DNA from: Bdellovibrionota bacterium
Lineage (GTDB): Bacteria > Bdellovibrionota_C > UBA2361 > CAKMMH01
Reading direction: 5' to 3'
NCBI GenBank assembly: GCA_034180415.1
Contig: JAXFOK010000018.1
Span: 12,539 to 76,538 of the forward strand
DNA: 64,000 nt
Shown here: positions 50,397 to 61,020 of the stretch, one piece after another
How the letters are laid out: the number at the start of each line of letters is the position of its first letter
Numbering within the stretch: the first letter of the stretch is position 1
Position numbers and translations under genes: made by a program
Notes under the pieces: generated by a model
Database searches by the model: none
The model's input: the letters and a program-made list of their open reading frames with translations, nothing else
Told to the model about the DNA's origin: nothing

Positions 50397-51872
50397 TTAA
50401 ATAGTTACATAATATTCACAACTAAATATATGCGCACTATATTTCTTAAGCTTTACAAAAAGCCCGTTTGTATCTAAATCAGATTTTTTATATTCATACT
50501 CTTTATTATTTAATAAATCAGTAAATTTAATCTTTTCACTATTTCCAAAATTAACTCTTATATGTGCACTCGAATCATATTCTGAAAAATTAATAATAAT
50601 TAAAACTTTCTTTCCTTCATACTCACGTGACCATGCTAAAATATTATTATAAGAAAGCGAATCTTCTCCCCTTTCTACATTTAATAGACTCCATGAACCT
50701 TTTCTAAATATATCAGTATTAACAATATTTAATAATTTTAAATAAAACTCTTTTATTTCCTTATTTTCTTCTTCAACTGGTTCACGCCTTAGCTGAACTG
50801 GTAATTTTACAGTCTTTCCTTCAAACTCGCCATCATAATAAAATCTCATTCCTAAAATCGTACTTATAATAATAGCAGCCATTTTTGCTTTATCTTCGCC
50901 AAGGGCTTTAATTGAGCGTTCTTCATCATGATTTTCAATAAACCTTACAAGTTTTTCTTGATATAAAGTTTCTGCCCTTAAGTGTCCTCTTATATCATTT
51001 GCATCAGAGTACTTTATTCTATCCATTAATCTTTTATCGTATGTGTAATCAAAACCTAAGTTTTGCATTTCCCATTCTGTATCCCAGTATGTTTCTGCAA
51101 TAAAAATGAAATTTGGATTTTTTGCTTTTACTTTTTTAATTGCTTCGCTCCAAAATTCATTTTGAGGAGCATGAAGATTTTGTTTTTCTATAATATTTTT
51201 CCAAGTCTTTGCAAAAATTCTATTAAGACAAAGCATTGCCATATCGCATCTTACGCCATCTGCAACACTCGAAAGATTAAGCAAAATTTGCTCCATAAAG
51301 TTTCTTGCACTTTCACTAAAATAATTTATCTGAACTGTATCTTGCCAAGCTGCAAAATTTGGGTCTTTTCCATGAGCAAAAAATACTTCTTTTTCTTTAA
51401 ATGGTCTAAAAAAAGTAGTTCTATCGTTAAAAAAATCTTCTTTTGTGCATTTTAAAAATACATCTTCATGTGTTTCTAAAAGTGGAGTACTTGCACCAAA
51501 ATGATTAGGTACAAAATCAACAATTAATTTCAAACCAATACTATTTAATTTTTGTTTTAACAGTATTATATCATCTAAATTTCCAAGTGCAGGATTTAAT
51601 TTATAATCTGAAATTGCATAAGGGGAACCTACGATATCATCTTCTTTTACATCAGGAAGTGCTTTTTTATATTCTTTTAATAGGTTTATTTCTTTACAAT
51701 ATTTATCAATATATTTTTTAGATAATGGTTCCCAAACTCCCATCATCCACACATAATCGATACCTAATAATTTTAATTTTCTAAAATACTCTAGTGGGAT
51801 TTGAAGCAAAGCTTTGTTCTGCTTGTAACAAAATGCACGAGTGTTTATTTGATAAATAGAAACATTTTGCAT
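50397..51872 (-). CDS. glycoside hydrolase family 13 (alpha-amylase superfamily) enzyme
   Basis: 491 aa; GH13 conserved regions: IVDFVPNHFG (region I), GVRCDMAM (region II, catalytic Asp), IAETYWD (region III, Glu), FIENHDEERS (region IV). Confidence 0.75.
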   Translation of the reverse strand: MQNVSIYQINTRAFCYKQNKALLQIPLEYFRKLKLLGIDYVWMMGVWEPLSKKYIDKYCKEINLLKEYKKALPDVKEDDIVGSPYAISDYKLNPALGNLDDIILLKQKLNSIGLKLIVDFVPNHFGASTPLLETHEDVFLKCTKEDFFNDRTTFFRPFKEKEVFFAHGKDPNFAAWQDTVQINYFSESARNFMEQILLNLSSVADGVRCDMAMLCLNRIFAKTWKNIIEKQNLHAPQNEFWSEAIKKVKAKNPNFIFIAETYWDTEWEMQNLGFDYTYDKRLMDRIKYSDANDIRGHLRAETLYQEKLVRFIENHDEERSIKALGEDKAKMAAIIISTILGMRFYYDGEFEGKTVKLPVQLRREPVEEENKEIKEFYLKLLNIVNTDIFRKGSWSLLNVERGEDSLSYNNILAWSREYEGKKVLIIINFSEYDSSAHIRVNFGNSEKIKFTDLLNNKEYEYKKSDLDTNGLFVKLKKYSAHIFSCEYYVTI

Positions 51873-51938
51873 ATTTTTAATAACCCCTACTAAAAATCAC
51901 TTACAGTTAAAACCACATATAATTATAAATCACATTTC

Positions 51939-53423
51939 TTAAAAGTCTTCATTATAAATCTTTATCGAATATTCAACAGAGTCTACAGGCACATACTTTA
52001 TACCTAAATTTTTAAGCTCATTTTTAAACCTTTCAGATAGCACACCTTTTATCATCGCTACAATCTCTTTTGGTTTTATGCCATCTTCTTTTATGGCTTC
52101 TAGTGTTTCTTTAAAGAACATACTAGTATCTCTTACCCAATAAAGATGATCCCCGGCAAATGTTATTAGCACTCTATTATCTTTTGTCACAACTGTAGCA
52201 AGGGGAGCATCTTTTATAAATCTTACGAAAGGCTCTTTTTCATATAATGTAGGCAAAATTGCAAAACCTTGCATCATCATCCAACCTATTTCATAATCAT
52301 CGACCATAACTGCGATTTTTATTAACTCATTAACATTTTTAACTTTTCTTAAACGTATAACATTATTTGCAATAATAACTTTTAAGAACGTAGAAAATCC
52401 ATCTGCCTTTTCAAATTTATCGATTAATTTTTTACTACAACCAGCTAAAAGTAAACCATCATGTATTTTTTCCATTTGCTCTCTTTCAGTGCTATATACT
52501 GAAATTGTATCAGCAGCACCAACAAATGTTTTTGTTGTGTTTAAAATCCTCAAAACCTGAGTTGCAGGAACAAGAGATGTAGTAAGCCCGCCATAAGCCT
52601 TCATTTTTGATATATGTAAAATTTTATCACGCAAAACTGGGTTTGTGTTATCTGGGTCGATATGAAATTTCTCTAAAATATCAATGATATTTTCTCTAAC
52701 GCCAATTAGACTTTGAACTGTATTTACATTTGCAGTCTCATCACTGTTAAATTTATTATATGGTATATGTTCAACAAAATCTTTATCATCATCAAGTATC
52801 TTTCCAAATCTCTTATTAACCAACTCACTATCGTCATCATCATTATCATTTCCATTATTTTGAGATACTGTTTGCTTTTTTATTTCCTTAAGTTTTTCTT
52901 CATCTTCCAAGTCTTCTTCTGTAGTTTCTTTAGGACTAGCTGTAAACATTTTTCCTATCAACTTTACTAATTTCCAAGGGGAAGTTATTACTGCTAAAGC
53001 AGATTTTCCTAACCCTTTAAAAAATGGAACTCTCTCGAGCTTATCTAAACTTTCTAGTGCATTGACTTCATTTATTCTAGTTTTTAAAATTAAAAAACTT
53101 TCAGCCTTTGAATCTCCCCATTTTGATTTAAGATAAAAATGGTCAATAGTACCATCACTATAAACTTCATCTTTAATCGTATATAATTTATTTCCTAACA
53201 TAGATGGTGGCAAAATGTCCTTTGCCTTTAACACAGGCGGTATTTCAAATCCTTCTTGATGCTTAACATTTGTTTCGTAATACTTATTCCCAGGAATAAA
53301 AACATCTTCGCAAAAATCAGCCACTTTATACTTTTTTGAAGAACATGATACGCAAAATAAAAAAGAAATAGTTAAAACTATTTTAAAAAGACGATTAAAT
53401 AAATTTAATTCTTTGTTTTTCAT
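51939..53423 (-). CDS. hypothetical lipoprotein (494 aa) with acidic Asp-rich linker
   Basis: Signal peptide with ..FLFCVSCSS lipobox-like Cys; internal NGNDNDDDDSE low-complexity linker. Confidence 0.5.
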   Translation of the reverse strand: MKNKELNLFNRLFKIVLTISFLFCVSCSSKKYKVADFCEDVFIPGNKYYETNVKHQEGFEIPPVLKAKDILPPSMLGNKLYTIKDEVYSDGTIDHFYLKSKWGDSKAESFLILKTRINEVNALESLDKLERVPFFKGLGKSALAVITSPWKLVKLIGKMFTASPKETTEEDLEDEEKLKEIKKQTVSQNNGNDNDDDDSELVNKRFGKILDDDKDFVEHIPYNKFNSDETANVNTVQSLIGVRENIIDILEKFHIDPDNTNPVLRDKILHISKMKAYGGLTTSLVPATQVLRILNTTKTFVGAADTISVYSTEREQMEKIHDGLLLAGCSKKLIDKFEKADGFSTFLKVIIANNVIRLRKVKNVNELIKIAVMVDDYEIGWMMMQGFAILPTLYEKEPFVRFIKDAPLATVVTKDNRVLITFAGDHLYWVRDTSMFFKETLEAIKEDGIKPKEIVAMIKGVLSERFKNELKNLGIKYVPVDSVEYSIKIYNEDF

Positions 53424-53456
53424 GTTACCAATTTTTGATACAGATATTTAAAAAAA

Positions 53457-55820
53457 CTACTTTTGCTTAACGCCTTTCTTAGCTAAATTTTCTACTACTT
53501 TATCAACTACTTCTTGCACTTCTTCTCTTGTCAAAGTTCTTTCAAGGCAAGAGAAAGTTATTCTTGTAGTGATAGCCCTACCATCCTCTCCATCGTAAAT
53601 ATCAATAACTTTTACGCTACTTACTAGTGGTGAGTTAATCTCTTTTATAGTGCTATCAATTACATCAAATTTATCAGAAATAAAATTTAAATCTACTTCT
53701 ATACTTGGATATTTAGAAACCTGTTTGTATTTTAAAGGTAGCTTCTCTATATTACTTAATGATTTTATATCTATTTCAAAATACACAATAGACGCTTTCT
53801 TATCTATATTCTTTGAAACAAAAGGATGAACGATACCTATTTCACCTAAAGATGAATTCTCTACGAAAATTTCACATAGATTTTTAGGATGGCTAAAGCT
53901 ATGAGCATTTTTATTTACCTTTAAGCTTATGCTTTTTCCTGTAATTTCAGAAACTATTAAAGAAATAATATCTCTTAACTCAAAGTAAAGTTTCTCAGTG
54001 TCTTTTGTCTTACTAAAAAGCACAACACTTAAATTTTTATGTTCATTGCAAAGTCCATCAGCTCCTAATCCTTTAACAACGCTTCCTATTTCAAAAATAC
54101 CAAAATTAGGTGCGTAGTAAATATTATTTGAAGCGATGCAAAGCAAAGTTGGAGTGATAAAATTTCTTAAAGTTCTAATGCTAGGATTAATTGAATTTAC
54201 TATTCCAACATTTTCCTCAACATCAATTCCTAAATTTTTATACTCATCACCATACGCCCAAACATAAGAATGTACTTCGTGAAGAAGAAAACGTTTTACA
54301 AGAATATCTTTAACTTGTTCTTCTACTTGTTTTTCTCTTTCCATACGAACAGGTGAAAGACTTGACTCAAGGGCAGCTGGCTTAAAATTATCATAACCAT
54401 AAATTCTTGTAATTTCTTCAATAATGTCAGCTTTTATTGTGACATCTTTTGTAGCTCTATAAGATGGAACTTTTACTTCAAAATCGCTATCATTTCTTTT
54501 AACTTCAAAACCTAATGCTTTTAAAGTGTTTTCAATAAAATCACAAGTTATTGTATCGCCAATTCCTGTGTATCTATCAACAAAAGCTTTATTAAATGTT
54601 ATTATTTTTCTTTCATAGCTTTTTTTATACTCATCTGTAAAACTCGAAATTACTTTTGCATTTTTATCGATACTTGTTAAAAGATTTACGAATCTTCCTA
54701 CTGCAATTTTTGTCATCTCTGGATCTAAAGATTTTTCATATCTTTGCGATGCATCTGTTCTATGCCCAAGTCTTACAGCTGACTTTCTAATAGAAGGCGC
54801 CAAGAAGCAAGCAGATTCTAGTGTTAAAGAAGTAGTATCTTCTACAATCTCAGAGTCTAAACCTCCCATAATTCCTGCGATTGCAACAGGAGTATCTCCG
54901 TTACAAATCATAAGAGTTTCTGTATCAATATTTCGCTCTACATTATCTAAAGTTGTAAATTTAAAAGGCTTATCAAATTTTTTAATTCTTATTTTTTCTA
55001 CTTTTCTTGAGTCAAATGCGTGCATTGGTTGTCCCATTTCAAGCATAAGATAATTTGTAAGGTCAGCTAAGAAATTTATTGCACGCATTCCGCAATAATA
55101 AAGCCTAATTCTCATGTTTACTGGGCTTTTATTTATGCTAACGTTATCAAATTTAATTCCCGAATATCTTAAACAATCTTCATTTTCAATTTTGATATCA
55201 AGTTTTGGTAAATTATTAAAATCATCTAAATTAACACTTGGCATTTCTTTTAAAGGTCTTCCTGAAATTACAGCAAACTCTCTTGCAATTCCATAATGCC
55301 CCCACAAATCAGGTCTATTTGTTAAAGATTTATTATCAACTTCAAAAATTATATCATCAATTTCATAAATATCTTTTAAGTTAGTTCCATTTTTTAAACT
55401 TGCATCTAAATCCATTATGCCAGAATGGTCATCACTTATTCCAAGCTCTTTTTCAGAGCAACACATCCCGTTTGACATAACGCCTGCTAATGCTCTTGGA
55501 GTAATTTCAATTTCGCCAAGTTTTGCACCAACTTTCGCAAAAGCGGTCTTCATACCGACTCTTACATTAGGAGCTCCGCAAACTACATCTACTAAACTGC
55601 TTTCTCCTATATCAACTTTTAGAAGGTGAAGTTTTTTTGAACTTGGATGTTCTGCAACTTCTTTAATTTCAGCAACGACGATCCCTTCGATATCTTTTCC
55701 TTTATAAAATATTTTATTTTCCACCTCTGCAGTAGATAGAGAAAACTTTTGAATTAATTTATTAATATCTAGTCCACTTAAATCAACAAAATCCTTAATC
55801 CAATTAATTGAAATATACAT
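53457..55820 (-). CDS. pheT: phenylalanine--tRNA ligase beta subunit
   Basis: 787 aa; N-terminal tRNA-binding domain, B3/B4 and FDX-ACB-like C-terminus; directly downstream of pheS. Confidence 0.9.
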   Translation of the reverse strand: MYISINWIKDFVDLSGLDINKLIQKFSLSTAEVENKIFYKGKDIEGIVVAEIKEVAEHPSSKKLHLLKVDIGESSLVDVVCGAPNVRVGMKTAFAKVGAKLGEIEITPRALAGVMSNGMCCSEKELGISDDHSGIMDLDASLKNGTNLKDIYEIDDIIFEVDNKSLTNRPDLWGHYGIAREFAVISGRPLKEMPSVNLDDFNNLPKLDIKIENEDCLRYSGIKFDNVSINKSPVNMRIRLYYCGMRAINFLADLTNYLMLEMGQPMHAFDSRKVEKIRIKKFDKPFKFTTLDNVERNIDTETLMICNGDTPVAIAGIMGGLDSEIVEDTTSLTLESACFLAPSIRKSAVRLGHRTDASQRYEKSLDPEMTKIAVGRFVNLLTSIDKNAKVISSFTDEYKKSYERKIITFNKAFVDRYTGIGDTITCDFIENTLKALGFEVKRNDSDFEVKVPSYRATKDVTIKADIIEEITRIYGYDNFKPAALESSLSPVRMEREKQVEEQVKDILVKRFLLHEVHSYVWAYGDEYKNLGIDVEENVGIVNSINPSIRTLRNFITPTLLCIASNNIYYAPNFGIFEIGSVVKGLGADGLCNEHKNLSVVLFSKTKDTEKLYFELRDIISLIVSEITGKSISLKVNKNAHSFSHPKNLCEIFVENSSLGEIGIVHPFVSKNIDKKASIVYFEIDIKSLSNIEKLPLKYKQVSKYPSIEVDLNFISDKFDVIDSTIKEINSPLVSSVKVIDIYDGEDGRAITTRITFSCLERTLTREEVQEVVDKVVENLAKKGVKQK

Positions 55821-55862
55821 ATTAACTTTTCCTTTTAAACATGACCAATATAAATTTTATTA

Positions 55863-56918
55863 TTATTTATCCTCTGTAAATTGAGATAGGAAATTCAAAT
55901 TTCCGCCGTTTAAATCTCTAATATCATTTACGCCATATTTCATCATTACAAGTCTATCTAACCCTAAACCAAAGGCAAAACCCATATATTCCTCTGGGTC
56001 AATTCCGCCTTCTTTTAACACATTAGGATGTATCATTCCGCAAGGGCAAAGCTCAAGCCAACCTCCATGCTTGCAGCTTGGGCACCCCTTGCCGCCACAA
56101 ATTCTACAGCTACAATCAAGCTCAAACCCTGGTTCTACAAACGGGAAGAATCCTGGGCGAAGTCTAACTTTTAAATTTTTATCATTAAAAACCTCAATTA
56201 GCATAATTTTCATAGAATAAATTAAATTTGCTATTGAGATATTTTTCCCTACCATCACGCCTTCCATTTGGAAGAATGTGTTTTCGTGGCATGCATCAAG
56301 CGACTCATTTCTAAAGCAACGACCAGGGAAAATTGCCTTTATTGTTTTTCCCTCATTAATCAAGGCATCTTTATATTTTTTATAAATTGCATTTTGCCCA
56401 GCAGATGTTTGAGTTTTTAAAAGCTCACCGTTTGTTAAGTAAAGAGTGTCTTGCATATCTCTTGCTGGGTGGAATTTAGGAACATTTAACGACTCGAAGC
56501 ATTCATAATCTGTTACGACTTCGCCGTAATCTTCTATAGTAAAACCCATTGATTTAAAAATTTCTGCACATTGTCTTAAAACAAGAGTTATTGGGTGATA
56601 TGAACCACTTTCAAGGTTTGGAGGAAGTGAAATATCAAATTCTTTTGTTTCATCGATTTCTTTTTGAAGTTCTTGTTTTTTTAATTCAACTTGGCGCTTA
56701 CTAATTAAATTTGCGGCATAAGTTTTAAGTTCATTAACCTCGCTTCCAAAGCTTCGTTTTTCTTCATCTGATAGCTTTCCCATTTCTTTTAAAAGGGAGG
56801 TGATCTTCCCTTTTTTACCTAAAAACTCTACTCTAAAATTTTCAAGCTCGCTTTCACTTTTTGCATTATTTACAGCGCCGTCTAAATCTTCCCTAATTTT
56901 ATCTACGATTTCGCTCAT
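55863..56918 (-). CDS. pheS: phenylalanine--tRNA ligase alpha subunit
   Basis: 351 aa; class II motifs ..FPGRCFRNESLDACHENTFFQMEG.. and ..GFAFGLGLDRLVM.. Confidence 0.9.
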   Translation of the reverse strand: MSEIVDKIREDLDGAVNNAKSESELENFRVEFLGKKGKITSLLKEMGKLSDEEKRSFGSEVNELKTYAANLISKRQVELKKQELQKEIDETKEFDISLPPNLESGSYHPITLVLRQCAEIFKSMGFTIEDYGEVVTDYECFESLNVPKFHPARDMQDTLYLTNGELLKTQTSAGQNAIYKKYKDALINEGKTIKAIFPGRCFRNESLDACHENTFFQMEGVMVGKNISIANLIYSMKIMLIEVFNDKNLKVRLRPGFFPFVEPGFELDCSCRICGGKGCPSCKHGGWLELCPCGMIHPNVLKEGGIDPEEYMGFAFGLGLDRLVMMKYGVNDIRDLNGGNLNFLSQFTEDK

Positions 56919-57713
56919 AAAAACTCTATCTCCAACAAACTAAAAAATATATTTATGTAATTTTGACAAATTGAATTTAAACTAGACATATTATTTTAAC
57001 ATAAATTAAATTTAATTGGTATAAAAATCGAGAAAACCACTATAAAAGATTGCACATTTAAGCATACTTAAAATTATTTTACTAACTTTTAGCTTATATC
57101 CTTCTACATCTTATATAAACCCACGAAAATGTAATAAGCATTTTTTTTAAGTGAAGAACTTTATGAAGTATCAATTATAAGTCCTGTTGAATTTTGCATT
57201 TCATATTCGTCAAGCACTTTAAATTTTTCTCTCACTCTATGTTTTCCTACATCTTTATTAATTTTTATGAATAAATTTTTCATCTTTAAAACTGCAAAAA
57301 TAACTTTCAGCAAAAACAACATAGCATTGTAATTTTTTACAGAAACAATAAAGCGACATCTTACTTTTATAAAATTCATATTAAATTCAGATTGTTACAA
57401 ATTTTACTGCACCAATTTGAGATTTTCTACAAGTTCAATTTGCATCTTTTTGAGATTTTTGAAGAATTTTAGAGGTTTTTATATTAAATTTAGATGGTTA
57501 TACTTTTTTAATTACATTTTTTCTAACGATAGCAATTATAGAATACACTGATAAATTCATAATATTATAAATCTTAGTTTCCACCTACGGTGTCGTGTGT
57601 ATGATGGATTTTGTTATAATGGAGTATCGACCCGAAATTGTTCCACAACATAGTAATTTTAAATCAACCTATAAATTCTTATACCAACTAGCACTTATCA
57701 ATTACTTTAGAAT

Positions 57714-58472
57714 TTATCTTAATTTATAAGATGGAGTTACTCTTTTAATGTAATAATGATAGTCATAACCTGTATTGTTTTCTTTAATGAATTTATTATA
57801 TTCTCTTTTTACATTATTTTTGTATTTTACATACATGACTCTTGGAGAAGTTTGACTATAGGCATTACCCAAAGCTGAAAGATATTTTCCTTTAAAATAT
57901 TCTAATTTTATTGAAACTACACCCGAAATATTTTCTTTTAAATGAATACCACAAGGAAGATAATTATTTTCTTTATAATATTTTGTAAACCAATCATTTT
58001 TATCTTCTTGAGTTATAGCATGAGTAGAACCTACATAATAAAAATTTAGTTTATCTTTATCATAATGTTCATAAATATTTTTACACATTGAAAGTTCATG
58101 TTCATCATAAGTTGAAATATCCTCATCTTTCCTACCTACGGTAAAAAAAGAGTTTATCCTATTCTTATTATCCTTTATAAAGTCAATTATTTTAAACATG
58201 TCTTTTGATAAACGTCCATCATATAAATCTTTTGGTGGATTAAAAAAGTTTGTTTTTAAAAATTCTTTATATTCAACTTTACCTTCAATATAATCATTAA
58301 GTAATTTTTGCATTTCTACTGGAAATTCTAAAAACACATTTATATTTTTATTTAAAGTTAAAGCTTCTTTTAAAATTTTAATAAATGTTTGTGGCATTTC
58401 TTTTGTGCCATGACATTCACCAATTAAGAACATGTTAGATTTTGTTTGATTATAAAGGTCAAGGAAATTCAT
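57714..58472 (-). CDS. hypothetical protein, possibly TraB/GumN/Tiki-family (GxxH motif FLIGECHG)
   Basis: 252 aa; N-terminal ..MFLIGECHGTKEMP..FIKILKEAL.. resembles the TraB/GumN superfamily signature. Weak assignment. Confidence 0.4.
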   Translation of the reverse strand: MNFLDLYNQTKSNMFLIGECHGTKEMPQTFIKILKEALTLNKNINVFLEFPVEMQKLLNDYIEGKVEYKEFLKTNFFNPPKDLYDGRLSKDMFKIIDFIKDNKNRINSFFTVGRKDEDISTYDEHELSMCKNIYEHYDKDKLNFYYVGSTHAITQEDKNDWFTKYYKENNYLPCGIHLKENISGVVSIKLEYFKGKYLSALGNAYSQTSPRVMYVKYKNNVKREYNKFIKENNTGYDYHYYIKRVTPSYKLR

Positions 58473-58553
58473 ATATACGCCATTAGTTATATATAAAACT
58501 TAAGGGGTTATAACAAAATAAAATGAGAATGAGAGAAGAATTTAAAATATTAT

Positions 58554-58733
58554 TTATCGTGGATCAGCACATTGATCATCAAGACACATTCCGCCTTTAC
58601 CATCAGAAGATGCTGTCCCATATCCTGAAGCATACACATCTAGGCAAGCGCTTTCATTAAGCCTCTGAAGCTTGTCGTCATAATCCTTTCTATTATAAGG
58701 AAGATTAACTCTAAACGGCTCGCTTCCAAGCAT
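58554..58733 (-). CDS. possible small GC-rich ORF (59 aa, MLGSEPFRVNLPYNRKDYDDKLQRLNESACLDVYASGYGTASSDGKGGMCLDDQCADPR), immediately preceded by an 11-codon mini-ORF
   Basis: Open frame in a GC-elevated patch (about 45% GC) upstream of 57714..58472. Below the track length cutoff, no RBS identified, so speculative. Confidence 0.2.
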   Translation of the reverse strand: MLGSEPFRVNLPYNRKDYDDKLQRLNESACLDVYASGYGTASSDGKGGMCLDDQCADPR

Positions 58734-58976
58734 TTAAGACATTAAACTGTTACTAGTTGCAAATTTCATATAAATACCCTATCAAAACCTTCCTCTTTTC
58801 CCTCATTCTCGTAGGAAATCTAACATATATCATGATAGTTATCAATCAATATTTAAAAAATCTTAACAAAATATCAAGTACTTTATATATTTTCTTAGGA
58901 TTTTTAAGTATTTTGTATTAGAATAAATAAGAATCTTAGTATTCCCTACTCTTTTATTCTTAGGAGTTACTTTCTT

Positions 58977-59483
58977 ATGGAGAACCTTCTTTTTAAAAAC
59001 ATTATTTCTAAATTTGCAAAACCTTATAATGAAAAAAGTGATGCAACAAGATGTAGATGTATTTTATTAAACAAAGATGAAGAAAAACTTGCATTAATTA
59101 AACGCACAAAACAAAACATTGATATATACTATGTTTTTCCTGGAGGTGGCGTTGAAAAAGATGATAAAAATTTTATAGATACGATGTATAGAGAAATTAA
59201 TGAAGAAGTCGGGTTAGAAAAAGAAAAAGTAAAATTAATAAAAGATTTTGTTCTTGAAGATATAGGTATTTTTAAAAACGAAGTAAAAGAAGAACATTTT
59301 AAATATTTAACATTTTTAGGTATTGCAAATACAAACGCTCCTTTAAAAATTGCATCCGCCGCTCCAGAACTTACAAGAAATAATGGTATATATGAGCCAG
59401 TGTGGGTTCCTTTAGAAGATATTGAAAAGTTAAATGTGGTTCATACATATTTAAAAAATGTTGTTGTAGAATGCCTAAAGTAA
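58977..59483 (+). CDS. NUDIX hydrolase
   Basis: 168 aa; Nudix box ..FPGGGVEKDDKNFIDTMYREINEEVGL.. (GX5EX7REUXEEXGU). Confidence 0.8.
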   Translation: MENLLFKNIISKFAKPYNEKSDATRCRCILLNKDEEKLALIKRTKQNIDIYYVFPGGGVEKDDKNFIDTMYREINEEVGLEKEKVKLIKDFVLEDIGIFKNEVKEEHFKYLTFLGIANTNAPLKIASAAPELTRNNGIYEPVWVPLEDIEKLNVVHTYLKNVVVECLK

Positions 59484-59710
59484 CACAAAAATTTTATAAC
59501 ATACTGATTATACATATATTTTTAATTTTACTTTAGTATTTTGCTACAAAAGTTAAAAACTTTATTAAATTTATATTAAAATCAACAAGTTATGGCAATA
59601 ACTACCTAAAATAATAAAAATCACACATAAACCAACAAATATTTATTTAATCTTTTTAATAAGTTGGCCAATCTAAAGTAGTACTTTGGATTTTTTCAAA
59701 AGGACTTACC

Positions 59711-60970
59711 GTGTACTCAATAAAACGTCATATTGCTGATATTATAAAATCACGTTCAAAAAATAGTAAATCTATTCTTTTAACTGGTCCAAGACAAGTT
59801 GGAAAATCAACTCTCTTTAAACATTTATTTAAAGATGCAAGACAAGTAACTTTTGATGATAACTTATTACTCTCACAAGCAACAGATGACCCTAAATTAT
59901 TTTTAATGGATAATCCTTGCCCTCTTATGATTGATGAAGTACAAAAATGTCCTATGATTTTTAATAGCATAAAAATCATTCTTGATAATACTGATAAATA
60001 TGGAAATTTTTTTCTCACAGATTCTCAAAAATTTCACTTAATGGCTAATGTTAGTGAATCACTTGCAGGAAGAATTTCCGTAATGGAGCTAGATGGTCTC
60101 TCACTTCGTGAAATTAATAATGTTGATTTTAATAAACACTTTGTTCCATCATCTGATTACCTTAAAAAACGAGAAGAAAAACTAAAAAATTATTCTTCAA
60201 ACATTTGGGATATTATTCACAAAGGAAGTTACCCAGAGCTTTATGCAAATGATAACAAAGATTGGCAAGATTTCTATCGCTCTTATGTTAAGACTTATTT
60301 AGAACGTGACGTAAACAGTCTAATAAAAGTTAAAAACAATCTTACTTTTATTAAATTTATGACCGCAATCGCTGCAAGAACTGGACAAGTAATAAATTAT
60401 GCTAACATAGCTTCTGAAGTTGGTATAAGCGAAGTGACTATAAAAGAATGGATTTCCATTCTTGAAAAAAGTGGCATTATTTATATTTTAAAACCATACA
60501 CACCAAGTGTGTTAAACCGCGCAATAAAAAGACCTAAGATTTATTTTAAAGACACAGGACTTTGCTGTTACCTAACTCGCTGCCTCACTCAAGAAACTCT
60601 TAAAAACGGTGCAATGACAGGTGCTATTTTTGAAACATTTGTTGTTAATGAAATTTTAAAATCATACACAAATGAAGGGTTAGATTATGATTTTAATGTT
60701 TTCTATTACAATGGAAAAGATAAGTTAAAAAAAGATGGAGACTCATCAAATCAAGCAGGCGAGATAGATTTAATTATATACGAAAATGGCACTCTATATC
60801 CTATAGAAATAAAACTCACCTCATCTCCAAAAGCCAATATGACATCAGCATTTAAAGTGTTAGATAAAGTGCCAGAAACTCAACGTGGCATGGGAGCAAT
60901 CATTTGCCTAATCGACAAGAAAACTCACCTTAGAGAAAATCTTGTGGCACTTCCTATAGAATATATATAG
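59711..60970 (+). CDS. AAA+ superfamily ATPase of the DUF4143 type (second paralog; GTG start)
   Basis: 419 aa; Walker A GPRQVGKST, Walker B LMIDEVQ; same architecture as 30302..31561. Confidence 0.8.
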   Translation: MYSIKRHIADIIKSRSKNSKSILLTGPRQVGKSTLFKHLFKDARQVTFDDNLLLSQATDDPKLFLMDNPCPLMIDEVQKCPMIFNSIKIILDNTDKYGNFFLTDSQKFHLMANVSESLAGRISVMELDGLSLREINNVDFNKHFVPSSDYLKKREEKLKNYSSNIWDIIHKGSYPELYANDNKDWQDFYRSYVKTYLERDVNSLIKVKNNLTFIKFMTAIAARTGQVINYANIASEVGISEVTIKEWISILEKSGIIYILKPYTPSVLNRAIKRPKIYFKDTGLCCYLTRCLTQETLKNGAMTGAIFETFVVNEILKSYTNEGLDYDFNVFYYNGKDKLKKDGDSSNQAGEIDLIIYENGTLYPIEIKLTSSPKANMTSAFKVLDKVPETQRGMGAIICLIDKKTHLRENLVALPIEYI

Positions 60971-61020
60971 CTAAAAAACCATATTGCAAGTATTTACCTT
61001 TTAGCTTAATACTTATATTT

